64,000 nucleotides of DNA. Source: Felis catus. Its lineage: Eukaryota. How positions within the stretch are numbered: position 1 is the stretch's first letter; the number at the start of each line of letters is the position of its first letter. The position numbers were made by a program, and so were the translations under genes. Below are positions 25,501-37,747 of this stretch, in pieces. The DNA is taken from NCBI RefSeq assembly GCF_018350175.1, contig NC_058368.1:238516001-238580000 (forward strand), read 5' to 3'. The notes beneath the pieces were generated by a model that was not told the DNA's origin, did no database searches, and saw nothing but the letters and a program-made list of their open reading frames with translations.

Positions 25501-28500
25501 TTCCTGCTGGACGAGCAGACGAGCCTGCTGGTGCTGGTCCCCGCAGGCATCGGGGCCGCCATCGAGGTGAGTCGTGTGGCTGTGCTCGGCCGCACCCGGT
25601 CCCGAACCACGGGAGAGACGTGGCCCTGCTGAAGGCAGGGAGGGGCGTAGCAGCTGCCGCAGTTCCGGAACGCCAGAGCCCGGCTGCCGAGGGCCCTGTC
25701 GCTGGGGTTGGAGCTTCCGCCCATTACACCTGTCCACGCGACGTGTTTTACCACGTCAGGCAGGGAGCCACACGACTTGTGCCGCCCACCGCATGAGGCC
25801 ATGTGGGACGTGGTGCCCTGTGACAGCCCAGGCCGAGCTGGGCTCGGAGAGCGGTTCCGTGGGGCGGGTGGCTTTGGGCCAGGACACGGGGGGGAGCAGA
25901 GGGGGTGGTGGGCTGGGACGTTCTCTGGCCTCTGGGGCTGCCCTGTCCCGGGCCTCAGCCCCGGCCACAGTTCTCTGCCCTACCCGTGCGCCGTGGGCAC
26001 CGGCACGTGTGGCCGTTGGGCCAGAGACCGCACTTGGTCTGCCCGTGAGCCGTGCCGCGAGGACCCCCCCATAGCCACCCATCACAGCGCGGAGACCCAG
26101 CTCACCGGGTTGTGGAGGCGGGTCCCCCGAAGACGGCAGGACTCAGGGCAGAGGCGAGGGGCCTTGCAGTGACCACCTGGGAGAAGGGACCGGTGAATCG
26201 AGAGGCGGGCAGGATGGGCCGGGAAGGGGGCCCGGCCCAGAGGACGGCAGCCAGGCCGAGTGCCAGTTCCGTCGGTGCAGAGGGCGGCCGAGCTCGATGT
26301 TGGCGTGGAGCCCACGAGCACCAGTCAGGCTTGGTGGTGTGACCAGTCAAGGCTGGGGGCGCGAGCAGGCACACGCTGTGGTCCGTCACCTCCCGGGGGT
26401 GAGTTCCGGGAACTCCTGGGTCTCAGAGCCGTGAAAGTGTGTTTCTCGTTCTTTCTTTCAGCTGTGGAAGGTGAAAAAGGCCTTGAAGATGAGTGTTGTT
26501 TGGAGAGGCCTGAGACCGCAGTTCCAGGTGGGCATTTGTGCGGTAACAACTGTCCCCCCACCCCATCTGCCCCTGGACGCTCCATGCCTCCCCCCGCCCC
26601 CACTCCTCGTCTGCCCCTTGGATGGTCTGTGCCTCCCCTCGCCCCCCCCCCCACCCTGTCTGCTCCCTGGACACTCTGTGCCTCCCCTGGCCCCCGTCTG
26701 CCCCCCCGGGACTCTCTGTGCACCGCCCCCGCCTGCTCCCACCACCCCATCTGCCCTGGATGCTCTGTGCCTTCCCCCCCCCACCCCCACCAGCAGTCAC
26801 CTTGTTCCTTTGTGTGTGCCGGTCGCCAGCCCATTCTCATGTCCCAGAGTGTCTGCCCTGTGGCTGCTAGCTGTGCCCCGATCAGACGCCACACTCGGGG
26901 GCTGGTGATCCTTGGGCCACACGGCCAGCCTCCGGCTCCGAGCCCCCCCTCGGCAGACGTTAGGTGGCATCGTGCGGTGGAGGCCGGTACCCTGGCAGCC
27001 CTGAGGTCTCCTGGCGGGCCGGCGTGGGCAGCGGCTAGTGTGGGCCCCACGTGGGCATCCCCGTCAGGGACAGAGTGCTTCCCCTGCCCTGACGGGATGG
27101 GATGCGGGCGTGCTGGGCTCTGGGTGCTCCTCCCATGCCCGCAGGCCAGCGTGGTGCTGCCTGGTGCCCCGTCCCCGCCGGAGTCCAGCACGTGGTGCTG
27201 CTCTGGGTTGGCCCTTGCCCCTGGTGACAAGATTTTGCTGCGCCTCCGGGCAGACGGGCTGGGCTGGGGTGCAGCGGCATTTTGGGGTTTTTGGTCCTGA
27301 GCCTGACCCCTGCTGGGATGGACCCGGATCCAGGGAAGCTCAACACCCTGTCGCAGATGGGAAATTGGGGACCGGGACAGAGTTTGTCCTGTTGGGAACT
27401 GGCTCTGTGAGTCTGCCTTCACTGACCTGAGTGCAGTGCAGGGGTGTGGCCATCACCGTGATTGCTGGGGGGGTGCGTGGCCCAACAGGACACACTGGCG
27501 GGCGTGCCTCTGCACACGCGGCACGTGTCTAGGCCCCGGGTGACCCTGATTGCGGGGAAGTGGCTGCAGGGGGCCGCCTGGGCTGAGCCCCCTGCACCGC
27601 ACAGCTGGGCTGTGCACGCCTACCGGTCCACGTGCAGCTGTCCCCGCCAGCGGCCTGGAACTAACGGGACTGTGTTGGGTTCTGTGACAGTTTGGCACTT
27701 ACAGTGAGTCCGAGAGGAAGACAGAGGAGTACGACACTCAGGTGAGTGGCGGGGGTGGGAGGGGATGCCAATCAGCCTGGGCTCTCAGACTTGGGGGCAG
27801 GCACTGGGGCGGCTCCACGTCCCGGCCTCGCAGGAAAGCCGGGCCCGTCTTCGCGGGTGGTCGGGAGGCCTCCTCCTCTCCTGTAACGAGATTTATTTCT
27901 GGGGAGTTAGCGGTACGTGCTGTGATCTCCCGTGGTCACCGAGACCCCGGTGACCCTCATCATCCCCAACCCCCCTGTGCGGGTGTAGCTGCAGCTTTCG
28001 GGTTGCCCGGAGACGGCTCCCTTGTGGCGACGGTGTTACTTGCCACTCGGACGGGCACGTGTTTGTGTGCCAGGGCCGAGGCAAAGCTCAGGGTCAGCAT
28101 GGTGACGAGCCCCAGCCCCCGAGGGCACTCCGTGCACACGGCTCTAGCCGGGCGTCTCCAGATCCGTTTCCCATCGCTCCTGATCAGTGACCGGGTGTTC
28201 ACAAGCCGGACTGATGCTGTGAACGTCCGTGCGGCATCAGGCCTAGCTTCTGGAGCCTCGTTCTGCAGGCGTCTGCCGTCCCAGCACCGTCCAGGCTCGG
28301 TTCCCCAAGGCCGTTGGCCTGTGTGCCCTCCTTGCCGGTTCCCCTGTCCGGACTCAGGTCCCCAAGGTCGTGGCCCATGTGCCCTCCTTGCTGGTTTCCC
28401 CGTTGCGAGTTGGCTTGTCACAGAGGCTCCGTGTTCCCGGCAGGCCATGAGGTACCTCTCCTATCTTCTCTACCCCCTGTGCATCGGTGGCGCCGTCTAC

Positions 28501-30843
28501 TCCCTGCTGAACGTCAAGTATAAGAGGTAGGACGAGCCAGCCTCCATGCTGGCAGCCAGGGACGCCCCTGGGCCTCCGTGCTGGGCCTGCCCTTCCTCCC
28601 CCACCCACCCCGCCCGGGAGACACACGACCCGCCCAGAGGGCACAAGGCCGGCATGTGGTATTCCCCAGGCCTGTTCCCCAGCGGCGGGCACGGAGGTGC
28701 AGGTGTCCGGGGCCCTGGTGTCAGGAACGAGGGCGGACGTGTCTGGCGAGGGGAGCCTAGGGTGGGTGGCCTGGCCACTGCGTTCGGGACACAGGAGCCC
28801 CGGAGGCGCGGCCCTGAGGGCTGGGGCTTCTGACGGAGGACACCGGCCAGTTTAGCCCTGCAGCTACCACCTCACGCTTGCGCTCCGGGAAGAGGGCTGT
28901 CCCCACGGGTCCCCCCACCAGCACTGCAGTTTCCGGGGGGACGGGCGCCGCGGGACAGGGGCGGTGATCACGGTCTCTCTCTTGCAGCTGGTACTCTTGG
29001 CTGATCAATAGCTTCGTCAACGGTGAGTTGTGGGGATTCGGCTCCGCCAGTAGCGCTCGTGGCTGTTCCTCGTGGTTCCCGCACGTGGCCCGTGTGGTTC
29101 GAGGACGGGCAGGCAGGACCTCTGCCACCAGCCACCCCTGCTCCCTTTGGCGGGGCCCCCCCGACACCTGGTTTGTCTGCGGCGGCCCCGCTCAGGCTGC
29201 CCGTGAAAACGGTTTGGGGCAGGCGGGCAGTAACGCCGTCCGACGTGCAGTTTCCGAGGGCGGCTACGGGGCCTGTGAGCCGTGTGCGTGGGCTGGGTCT
29301 GCATCCTCGGAGGGCACAGACCCAGGACCTGACGGGCCTGGCTTCCTCGCGGGCACTCGGCGGGCACTCGCGGGCCCGAGCCGTCTGCGCGGAACACGGT
29401 GACAGGCAGCCGCGCTGGGTGGTGGGAGGGGCCGCTGGCAGAGAGCCGGTCTCTGGAGATGGACCCGGGGCCACCCCAGCCTGCCGTCCTTCTCCCCAGG
29501 GGTGTACGCCTTCGGCTTCCTCTTCATGCTGCCCCAGCTCTTCGTCAACTACAAGGTAAGACCACGCCCTCCCCGCGCTCGCCCGCGTCCTCCCTACGCC
29601 GGCCGCTGATCTGCTGCGTCTCGCCCCCCAGATGAAGTCGGTGGCGCACCTGCCCTGGAAGGCCTTCACCTACAAGGTCAGTGCCCCCCCCCCCCCCTCG
29701 CCCCGCAACTTCTCAGGGCCACTACGCCCAGTGGAAGGGGGTTTTCTCAACCGTGGGCCCCCTGGTGGTGACTTAGGGACGCTGGTTCTCGAACTGTCAC
29801 AGCAGCATGAGACGAAGCCACATTCCTTTTCGGGGACATGCGTGAGAGCGCATACCCCCAGCCACGCCCAGAGGCCCACGTCCACACGCGGACACAGACC
29901 CTGGGCTCGGGCACACCGGCCGGGCTGTGAAGTGCCGTGACAGGCTTGTCAGGGCAGGTGGAATTAAGGTGTGTTTTCCTGTTCGTTCTGTGAAGTAAGA
30001 CGAGTGGCTCTGAGGAGGCAGAAGCCGGGGTTTTCAGGGCAGCCCTCGTGGGGGTGCAGTATGTGGAAAACAGGGGTGCGCGAGGGGGCGCCTCGGTGTC
30101 CAGCGTCCTTCCGCACTCGCTCCTTTCCTCTTGTCTGTTGTCGCCGGGACCCCGCTGAGCCGTGAGAAGGTGAACGGGCCCCGGCCCCTGGGTACGCGTC
30201 CGGGGGACCCTGACGGCCGGTGTTCACACCTCCCCCGTCCCACGTGGCAGGCCTTCAACACCTTCATCGACGACGTCTTTGCCTTCATCATCACCATGCC
30301 CACCTCCCACCGGCTGGCGTGTTTCCGGGACGACGTGGTGTTCCTCGTGTACCTGTACCAGCGATGGTGAGTGTGGCTGCCCCTCCCGGGTCTTCTGTGG
30401 GCACAGAGGCAGTCTGCAGGTGGCGTGTGTCACCTGCAAGGCCGAGTGAGAGACCACCCCACGGCCTAGTTGGGAAGGACAGGTCTCTGTCCGAGCGACT
30501 CGCTCAGTCCCTGCCGCTCACGTCCCCCCCCAGCGTGGCGGCAGTCGCCACGAGCACTGTCTGGAGAGCGCGGAGGGGCCGCCACCCCCAGGGCCTGGGG
30601 ACAGGCACGGAGCTCCGTCCTGACGGTGAACACACGACAGGCGGGCACGAGGGGACTCCAGACATCCCTCCTGCGGCAACTTGGGGTCTCGTGTCCTAAC
30701 TGCTGGGACTCCAGCCCCCTCGCAGATGGCAGAGCCCGGGGGGCCTCTGTCCTTGCAGGCTGTACCCCGTGGATAAGAGCAGGGTGAACGAGTTCGGGGA
30801 GTCCTACGAGGAGAAACCCCAGCGGAAGCCCCACGCACATTGA
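16377..30843 (+). CDS. CLPTM1L: CLPTM1-like protein (CLPTM1L / CRR9, ER lipid scramblase), complete 17-exon CDS, 538 aa
   Basis: Join 16377-16538,16941-17041,17970-18159,19614-19759,20765-20843,23180-23297,23523-23617,24357-24441,25463-25566,26462-26527,27691-27741,28444-28526,28988-29022,29500-29555,29632-29676,30251-30366,30759-30843. All introns are GT-AG, phases are consistent, total 1617 nt. Protein starts [29 protein letters not shown] and includes [24 protein letters not shown] and [44 protein letters not shown]. Confidence 0.97.
16941..17041 (+). CDS. CLPTM1L: CLPTM1L exon 2
   Basis: tttccag|[33 protein letters not shown], donor gtatga. Confidence 0.95.
17970..18159 (+). CDS. CLPTM1L: CLPTM1L exon 3
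   Basis: ttttag|[24 protein letters not shown]...GESTTQ|gtgagt. Confidence 0.95.
18923..19161 (-). mobile_element. Young SINEC_Fc-type element in CLPTM1L intron 3
   Basis: Full length with CpGs retained; 15-bp TSD TAGAAAACCATTCTT at 18908-18922 and 19162-19176. Confidence 0.93.
19614..19759 (+). CDS. CLPTM1L: CLPTM1L exon 4 (tandem acceptor; start could also be 19611 or 19617)
   Basis: [36 protein letters not shown]...RYMK|gtaagt. Confidence 0.9.
20765..20843 (+). CDS. CLPTM1L: CLPTM1L exon 5
   Basis: [26 protein letters not shown]|gtaagt. Confidence 0.95.
21320..21600 (-). mobile_element. MIR-like remnants
   Basis: cacctacggtgccccaggcaccgtgccgagcacttcaca and cacagacgagacagcctgggcacagagag resemble GC-shifted MIR. 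Confidence 0.45.
22169..22399. repeat. Minisatellite: five copies of a 29-bp core with G-rich spacers (CLPTM1L intron 5)
   Basis: CCTGGGCCTGGCRTCTGGTCAGTCCTGGT at 22169, 22245, 22282, 22327 and 22371. Confidence 0.9.
23180..23297 (+). CDS. CLPTM1L: CLPTM1L exon 6
   Basis: [39 protein letters not shown]|gtgagg. Confidence 0.95.
23523..23617 (+). CDS. CLPTM1L: CLPTM1L exon 7
   Basis: [31 protein letters not shown]|gtgagt. Confidence 0.95.
24357..24441 (+). CDS. CLPTM1L: CLPTM1L exon 8
   Basis: [28 protein letters not shown]|gtaggt. Confidence 0.95.
25463..25566 (+). CDS. CLPTM1L: CLPTM1L exon 9
   Basis: [34 protein letters not shown]|gtgagt. Confidence 0.95.
26462..26527 (+). CDS. CLPTM1L: CLPTM1L exon 10
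   Basis: [22 protein letters not shown]|gtgggc. Confidence 0.93.
26553..26790. repeat. Degenerate C-rich minisatellite, about 5 units of 40-50 bp (CLPTM1L intron 10)
   Basis: tctgcccctggacgctc..tgcctcccc variants near 26566, 26610, 26658, 26697 and 26750. Confidence 0.75.
27691..27741 (+). CDS. CLPTM1L: CLPTM1L exon 11
   Basis: [17 protein letters not shown]|gtgagt. Confidence 0.93.
28444..28526 (+). CDS. CLPTM1L: CLPTM1L exon 12
   Basis: [27 protein letters not shown]|gtagga. Confidence 0.95.
28988..29022 (+). CDS. CLPTM1L: CLPTM1L exon 13
   Basis: [11 protein letters not shown]|gtgagt. Confidence 0.93.
29500..29555 (+). CDS. CLPTM1L: CLPTM1L exon 14
   Basis: [18 protein letters not shown]|gtaaga. 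Confidence 0.95.
29632..29676 (+). CDS. CLPTM1L: CLPTM1L exon 15
   Basis: [15 protein letters not shown]|gtcagt; preceded by a 76-nt intron. Confidence 0.93.
30251..30366 (+). CDS. CLPTM1L: CLPTM1L exon 16
   Basis: [38 protein letters not shown]|gtgagt. Confidence 0.95.
30759..30843 (+). CDS. CLPTM1L: CLPTM1L exon 17 (coding part, TGA 30841-30843)
   Basis: [27 protein letters not shown]. Confidence 0.95.
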
Positions 30844-31241
30844 GTCCCCACCCGGCCGCGTGCGGTCAGCCCCTGTGCGGCAGGGCTGGGTTGTCGGCGG
30901 AGTATTTTCGGACGCTTCTGGCGGAATTTCCTGGACATTACACCGTGTGCATTGCCAAAACCTGAACGTTTCCCGTCGCCCCCCGAGTCCCTCTGCGTCG
31001 TGTTAGGGAGGGGCTCCAGCGGACAGACTTCTGGCCCCCGCATCAGGATCTGACCATCGGAGGCTCGGCACGGAGGGCGGGGAGCCCGGGCCAGGGGCCT
31101 CTCGAGGTGTCCGTGAGTGCTCCCCACACGCGCAGGTGGCTCTTTAAGTCCATTCCTTAGAGACTGGGATCAAACGGCTTTTTTCTTTTTGTTTAAAATT
31201 TGACTATTTTAAAGCTTAATGTACGTATGTTTCTATTTTAA

Positions 31242-31247
31242 AATAAA
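31242..31247 (+). terminator. CLPTM1L polyadenylation signal
   Basis: AATAAA about 400 nt after the stop, with a U-rich upstream region and GT/T-rich downstream sequence. Confidence 0.75.
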
Positions 31248-33399
31248 TTTCTTTGGCTGTGACGTTTTTCCTGGCCCGGTGGAGCGTGTCTCCTCTGGCT
31301 CACTTTTCCTGTTCTCAGAAACCCACGCACGACGTGGGCTCACGTGTGTGCTTGCCACAGCAGCGGAGGTAAAGACCGCCTCCCCAGCTCTCGAATCGCA
31401 AACGTTCCTGAATCTCCGGTGTTGAACGTGTTTTGCACGGTCACCACCAGTCCCCCAGACGGTGTTTTTCAGAGATGCTCTGGGTTAAGGCGGAGATGAG
31501 CTGCGTGGCCGGGCGGGCCTGTGCTCCGTGTGGTTCTACGTGTCCGTGAGCACGCGGGCAGCGTGTGCCGTGAGGCTGGCTGTGAACTCCGTCTTCCGCT
31601 GTGTCCACCCTGGCGTGCTGGGCTCCTCCTCCCAGGGTGAAAGGTGGGGCCAGTCGGAGTCTGAGGAGGCCCAGGCTGAGGGAGCACGTGTGCGTCCTGC
31701 CTGTCCCCACAGGCCACGCGCACTGTCGCGGGGGTCTGTTCGCAGTGGAAACCACACGTGCGTGCCACTCAGGAGCCTGCGGCTTCTGGCTCAGCTGTGT
31801 GAGCCGCACGCAGTGAGGGTGGGAAAACAGTTGACGTTACCCTGATTCGGTTTCGGTGTGAGCACGCGTCAGGAGCCCGGTAAGGAGCGCACAGTGTCCC
31901 CCGGGGACTACCTGCCTGCTGCACCCACAGGGCCAGCTGCTCAGAAGGGTGCAGACGTCCCTGCTGGCTCGGCCTGGGGGCACGGCACCTGCCGGGTGCT
32001 GGCTGCGTTGTAAGTGAGAACGTCCGGGTGTCCGCCTGTGCATGGGGCCCGCGGGGCCTGGGAGGTTCTGCCGAGGGGGCCCCTGCAGGTCCCGGGACAG
32101 CACCACCGAGTGGCTTTCAACAGCACACGCGCACGCGCACACACACACACATCGCCGGAGCACCCGGCCAGAGCCCAGCCTTTCCCAGCTCCTGGAGGGG
32201 CCGCGTCCTCTGTCTGGGTCCCTCCCTCCACACCTGCTTCCCGTCTCCATTCTCCCATCCCCCCTTCCTGCACTGTGGTGGCCACGTCCGGCCACAGGGC
32301 GATCCAGGGCCATCCCCCCCCCCCCCCCGTGTCCGGGCCGTACCGCAGTCTCAACTGCCGTTCCCAGGGCCTGGGGTGGCACGTGCCTGCCGCGGTCCTC
32401 CGGTGCCTCCTTGGCGCCCCGCCTCCTCTTCCTCCACCCTTCTGTGTCCTGCCGTCCAGAGTGCCTTCTGTGCCCCACACTGCGGGGGAGCCCTCCCTCC
32501 GTCTCTCTTCACACGGCACAGGGACAGTGGAGCAGGAGCACGTGTGTGTTCTTGTACCCACCACCCAGGTGGGGCTCCCCCATCCCTCCTGGCTGCTCGT
32601 CCCCGGAAAGCATTTGGCGACCTTTGTGCCCATTGGCTCCTGGGCCTGTTCCCAGCCCCGCCCAGAATCCCATGCTCGACTCTGGCTGCCTGGCTGCTTT
32701 GGTTCAGGATTCTCCCTGACCTTCATCCCAGCCGTGGCCGTGGCATTCGTTTGTCCCACGTAGTCTTTAGCAGACTGTGGACAGACAGCAGGGTTTGGCC
32801 CACTCTGATATTGGGAGCGCGTGGGCGTGTCTTCTGTGGACACGGGGGTCCTGGCGAAGCAGAGCCGACGCCCCCGAGCCCCGCACGGCACACCTGCCTT
32901 GCACCGAGTGCTGCCATCTGGTGCCCACGAAGGGCGACCTTACCGAGGCCTGGGTTCGCATTTCCCAGGCAACAGATGGTGCCGAATGCCTTCTCATGTT
33001 CCTCCTGTCCATCTCCACACCTTTCTTGGATGAAGGGCCTGTTCTCTCTTTCCTGTAGTCCTGTTTCTAACCGCATTCGTGCCGCCCTGCTGGCCGGAGC
33101 GACCTCACATAAGGCCAGGAGTGCGCGTCCCTGTTTTCTGCTCTGGAAAACCTCCCTTTTGTGACCGCTGGAGCCTCTGGGCCCCGGGCTTCCTTGCTGG
33201 CTTTCACCGCTGCCTGCGTCTCTGCTGTGGTGAGTCCCACACGGGCATGCTCCTCTGGAAGTTCTGTTCCGTCTGTCTAAAGAATTTGTCCATCTGGCCT
33301 AAGTTGCTCATAACACCTTCTTGTGCTTCTAGCCTGTGGGGCCGTGTCTGCCCTCCGCCCCTGGGTGGTCGTGTCCCCACAGACTGGGTGGTGAGCCGC

Positions 33400-33830
33400 T
33401 GGATGACTAAGCGGGCAGGTGTGCCGCGGGAGTCACACGGGCGGCCCTCAGACCCCGCAGCTGGCGGTGGAGCCGGCGGGGGGGGGGGGGGGGGGGGAGG
33501 GGGTCCTTCTAGAAAACTGTCGGCCTAAACGGCATTTGTTCCATCCTGGAGACGGAGGCTCGGATGCTGAGGCCGCAGGGCCGGCTCCTTCCGAAGCAGA
33601 GGGAGAGTCTGTTCCCGCCTCTCTCCTGGGCCGAGAGACGGCCACCGTCCTCCCCACGCGACGTTCTCCCTGAGCGTGTGTCTCCAGGTTTCCCAGTTTG
33701 ATGAGGACGCAGTCACGTCAGGTCAAGGCCCACCATGAAGACCTCACCTGGGCCCGGCCGCCTGCAAAGACCCCGTTTCCAAACAAGGTCACACTCGTGG
33801 CCTTGGAGGTCAGGATGCCACCACGACCCT
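33400..33830 (-). mobile_element. MaLR LTR remnant (MLT1C/D-like)
   Basis: gagggagagtctgttcccgcctctctcctgg..ggcccaccatgaagacctc..ctgcaaagaccccgtttccaaacaaggtcacactc. Confidence 0.7.
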
Positions 33831-35361
33831 GACACCTTCTGACAAAAGCATTTGTATTTTTTTCTTCATTAATCTGCCTTTGTCAGTTTTATTGTTATGG
33901 GTTTTTCCAGAAAGAGTAAAAGCTTAGCTTTGCTTGTTCTTTAGATTTTGTTTTCTCTTTCACAGATTTCTGCTCAGGTCTTTATTACGGGTTTCTCTGT
34001 ATGTTTATTCGATGTATTTCGATACCCTCTTCCATACTTTTGGAGATGGTTAATTGGCTCATTAATTTTCAGCCTCTCTTTTTCTCAAACAAGACATTAA
34101 AATTGTGTTTTGGGAGTTTCTACTTCTGGACAGGGAGAGGCAGCAGGGTCCCATCCAAAAGGACGACGGTGGGACAAAATATGTGAGGTGACTGTCCTAA
34201 AAACCTGGACATCAGACACGGAGGGCGGGGGGTGTGCCGGGGCCCCAGGTCTCCCTGCGAGAGATGGGGCTGGGAGTCTCGGGGGCCGAGGCGACCAGGG
34301 TGCTCAGCACCGGTGCTGGATGGGAGGGGGCTGCACGGGGCCCCCTGCTCGTGTGTGTATGTCAGGGAACGACAGCCACTGGCCGGGATCTGAAGGAATG
34401 ATCCGTGCAGCTCGCACACGAACTGCAGTTGAGTCAGCCAGAGCAGCAGCCTCACGAGTCAGGAGCACTTGCAGGGGTCCAGCCTCAGTACTCGGGGGGA
34501 AACTTAATCGCGAACTAAGCACTGCTTCTGTCCCACCAACAAAGTTTAAAGATAACACCTAAATGGATCAAGCTGTTTCCGAGGACTTAGCGTTTCCCAG
34601 TAAAGAGCTTAAAAATACCCTTCATCCAACAAGGTGAAATTCACAATGTCTGCATCCAAATTACAGATCTACGAAGAAGCAAGAAAATGAATCCACAAGG
34701 AGAAAAGTCGGTCAACTGTAGCTGAACCAGATACGGAGACAAGGTTATTGAAGCAGTTGTTAGACAGATTCTCCATGTCCAAGCAGCTACTGGGAGATTA
34801 AAGAATTTAAGTGGAAACAGGAAAACACATTGGGCAGGATCGCTGGAAGATGAGGTCTTGCACAAGAAGAGATGAATGAGTTTTAAGACAGCAACTGTGC
34901 GAAGGAAACAAAAGAGTGAGGAAAGACAAGAAAACAGCATCCGTGAACTGTGGGGGCACCTTGGGGGCTGCTGTGTGTAAGCAGACCTCCCCCCAGCAAG
35001 GGAACAGGAGCTGGGGAGACATTTGAATAAATGACATCTGACAACCTGTCAGATTTGATTAAAAGACTCAACAAGCTTACCAAAAACCAAGCAAAAGAAA
35101 CAGGAAGAAAACTAAAAACTGTGCCAGAGAAACAACATGCATGATATCCAGAGGAACAGCAAACAATACAGGAGATTCTCACCAGAAACAATTCAAGTTA
35201 AAAGATATTTTTAAAATACTGAAAGGGAAAAAAAGCCTAACTGAATTCTTTACCCAACATAAGTAAATATAAAAATATATTTACTTAAAAATATATTTAA
35301 AAATTAAGGACTTTTACAGACAGAAGCTGGAACAGCAAATCTGTTCTATAAGAAGTGTTCA

Positions 35362-35572
35362 GGGGCACCTGGGTGGCTCGGTCGGTTAAGCGTCTGACTG
35401 GCTCAGGTCATGATCTTGCAGTTTGTGGGTTCGAGCCCCGTGTCGGGTTCTGTGCGGACAGCTCAGAGCCTGGAGCCTGCTTCGGATCCTGTGTCTCCCT
35501 CTCTCTCTCTGCCCCTCCCCTGCTCTTGCTCTGTCTCTCTCAAAAATAAGTAAACATTAAACAAATTTTTTT
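35362..35572 (+). mobile_element. SINEC (older felid/carnivore subfamily)
   Basis: ggggcacctgggtggctcggtcggttaagcgtctgact..(CT)n..aaaataagtaaacattaa; imperfect TSD aagtgttca/aagtgctca. Confidence 0.9.
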
Positions 35573-35678
35573 AAGTGCTCAGAGGAGTCCTTCCAGCAGC
35601 AGATGGAACTCTGACCTGAGAAATAGTAACTATTGGGCAAATATAGGCACTTGTTTTCTTACTGCTTAAGTTGTTTTA

Positions 35679-35906
35679 TTTATTTTTTTTTTTAATTTTT
35701 TTTCAACGTTTATTTATTTTTGGGACAGAGAGAGACAGAGCATGAACGGGGGAGGGGCAGAGAGAGAGGGAGACACAGAATGGGAAACAGGCTCCAGGCT
35801 CCGAGCCATCAGCCGAGAGCCTGACGCGGGGCTCGAACTCACAGACCGCGAGATCGTGACCTGGCTGAAGTCGGACGCTTAACCGACTGCGCCACCCAGG
35901 CGCCCC
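35679..35906 (-). mobile_element. Young SINEC_Fc-type element
   Basis: 16-bp TSD TGCTTAAGTTGTTTTA at 35663-35678 and 35907-35922. Confidence 0.93.
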
Positions 35907-37172
35907 TGCTTAAGTTGTTTTAAAAGATAACAGGCCACTTGAAGCTGACATACAGACAATGTTCTGTGGAGTTCCTCACACGTGGAAGTAACATGTCTGC
36001 AACAGTCGCAGAGGTGCAAGGAGGGCTGTGCACGGACACTTGTGAGGTCTCACACTGGATGTGAGGACTGATATGTTCTCGGGTAGATGAAGAGAAGTTA
36101 AACACATTCTATAAACCCGACAGCAGCCTCTCAAATATACAGTTACTGCTATTAGGCCAAAAAAGGAGATAAAATCATCATTGAAAAGTACTCGATGCAA
36201 GAGAAGGCACAAAAATATGAACAGAGGAACAAAGAACAGACGGGACAAACAGAAAAGCCAACAGCAGTGCAGATTTCAACCTGTCACAGCAATGCTCACA
36301 ATAAATGTAAATGGTGCAAACACCCCAGTTAAAAGGCAGAGACTGCCAGACTGCATGAAGGAGTAAGGCCCAGTTGTGTGCTGCATATAAGCAAGCCACC
36401 CCTTGGAAATACAAGGACACAGACGGGTTCAAAATAGAACACTGAGAGAAGACCCACGATGTTAACACTCACAGAAGGGAAGCTGGGGTGACTCTATTAA
36501 CATCAGGAAAGTAGATTTTAGAGGAAGAATATTACCAGGAAATGAAGTCTTTGCATCAAAATAAAGGTATAATAAGTTCATCAAGAGGACAAGATAATCC
36601 TGAACGTTTATGTGCCCAATAACAGAGCTTCAAAATATATGAAGCAACAGTTGTCAGAACTGCAGGGAGACGTGGGCGACTTCAGTGTCTCTCGGTGATT
36701 GATGGGCCGATTCAGCAGGCACACAGCAGATACGCGAGAACACGGAGCAGTCGACCTGCGTGACCCACAGAGACGCACCACCCGGCACCAGAACACACAC
36801 TCTCCTCAGGGGCACACAGGACAGTTACCAAGAAAGACTGTTCTGAGCCACGAAACAAGCCCAAAGAAGTGTAAATGGTTCCACTCAGACACATTCTGTT
36901 ATGTTAGAGGCCAGAAACAGACCTCTGGGAAACCTCCAGATATTTGGAAATTAAATATCACACTCTGAGATAACCCGTGGATCAAGGAAGAACTCAAAAG
37001 GGAAATTGGAAGGTATTTTGAACTGAATGAAGGTAAAGGTTGTTATATTTTGATAGTGAGGTCAAAGTCCAGCTGAAGCTGCGTGTAAAGGGACACACCT
37101 TGTGCTAAAAACCTAGAACAGAGAAAAGGTTTCAGTGTTCTCAACTTCCACCTTGAAAAACTAAGAAAGCAT

Positions 37173-37385
37173 GGGGTGCCTGGGTGGCTCGGTTGAGCGC
37201 CCAACTTCGGCTCAGCTCGTGATCTCACAGTTCATGAGTTTGAGCCCCGCATCGGGCTCTGTGCTGACAGCTCGGAGCCTGGAGCCTGCTTTGGGTTCTG
37301 TGTCTCCCTCTCTCTCTGGCCCTCCCCTGCTCATGCTCTGTCTCTCTCCTTCTCAAAAATAAATAAACATTAAAAAAAAAATTTT
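37173..37385 (+). mobile_element. SINEC
   Basis: ggggtgcctgggtggctcggttgagcgc..cggagcctggagcctgcttt..aaaataaataaacattaaaaaaaaa. Confidence 0.9.
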
Positions 37386-37747
37386 TAAAGACACCAAAAA
37401 AGCAAACTAAACCCAAAGTAAGTCAAAAAATATAATAAACATCAATGAAACAGAAAAAGTAATTCCAAAAGTTAACAAACTCAAGCCTTGTTCTTGGAGA
37501 AGATGATACAGCTAATAAACCTGTAGCCAGGCCAAGCGGGAGAAAGGAAACCACGCATTTTGATATCACGTGTGAGGAAGATGGCCTCACTACAGAGGCC
37601 ACGCGTGTTTACAGAACAGTAACAGGATGGACAACTTTATTCCAATATGGCCAACGATCCGGACAGATGCACGGACCCCTCGAGACACACAAACCACCAA
37701 AGTTCATGCAGGAAGAACAGGGAACCTGGGTAGCCCTCCATTTATTT

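Noticed and set aside
32014..33164. Long overlapping ORFs (up to 378 aa) downstream of CLPTM1L, and similar ORFs at 3656-4546 and 26260-27422
   Set aside because: Pro/Gly/Arg-biased, no recognisable domain, open in several frames at once; typical GC-rich noise.
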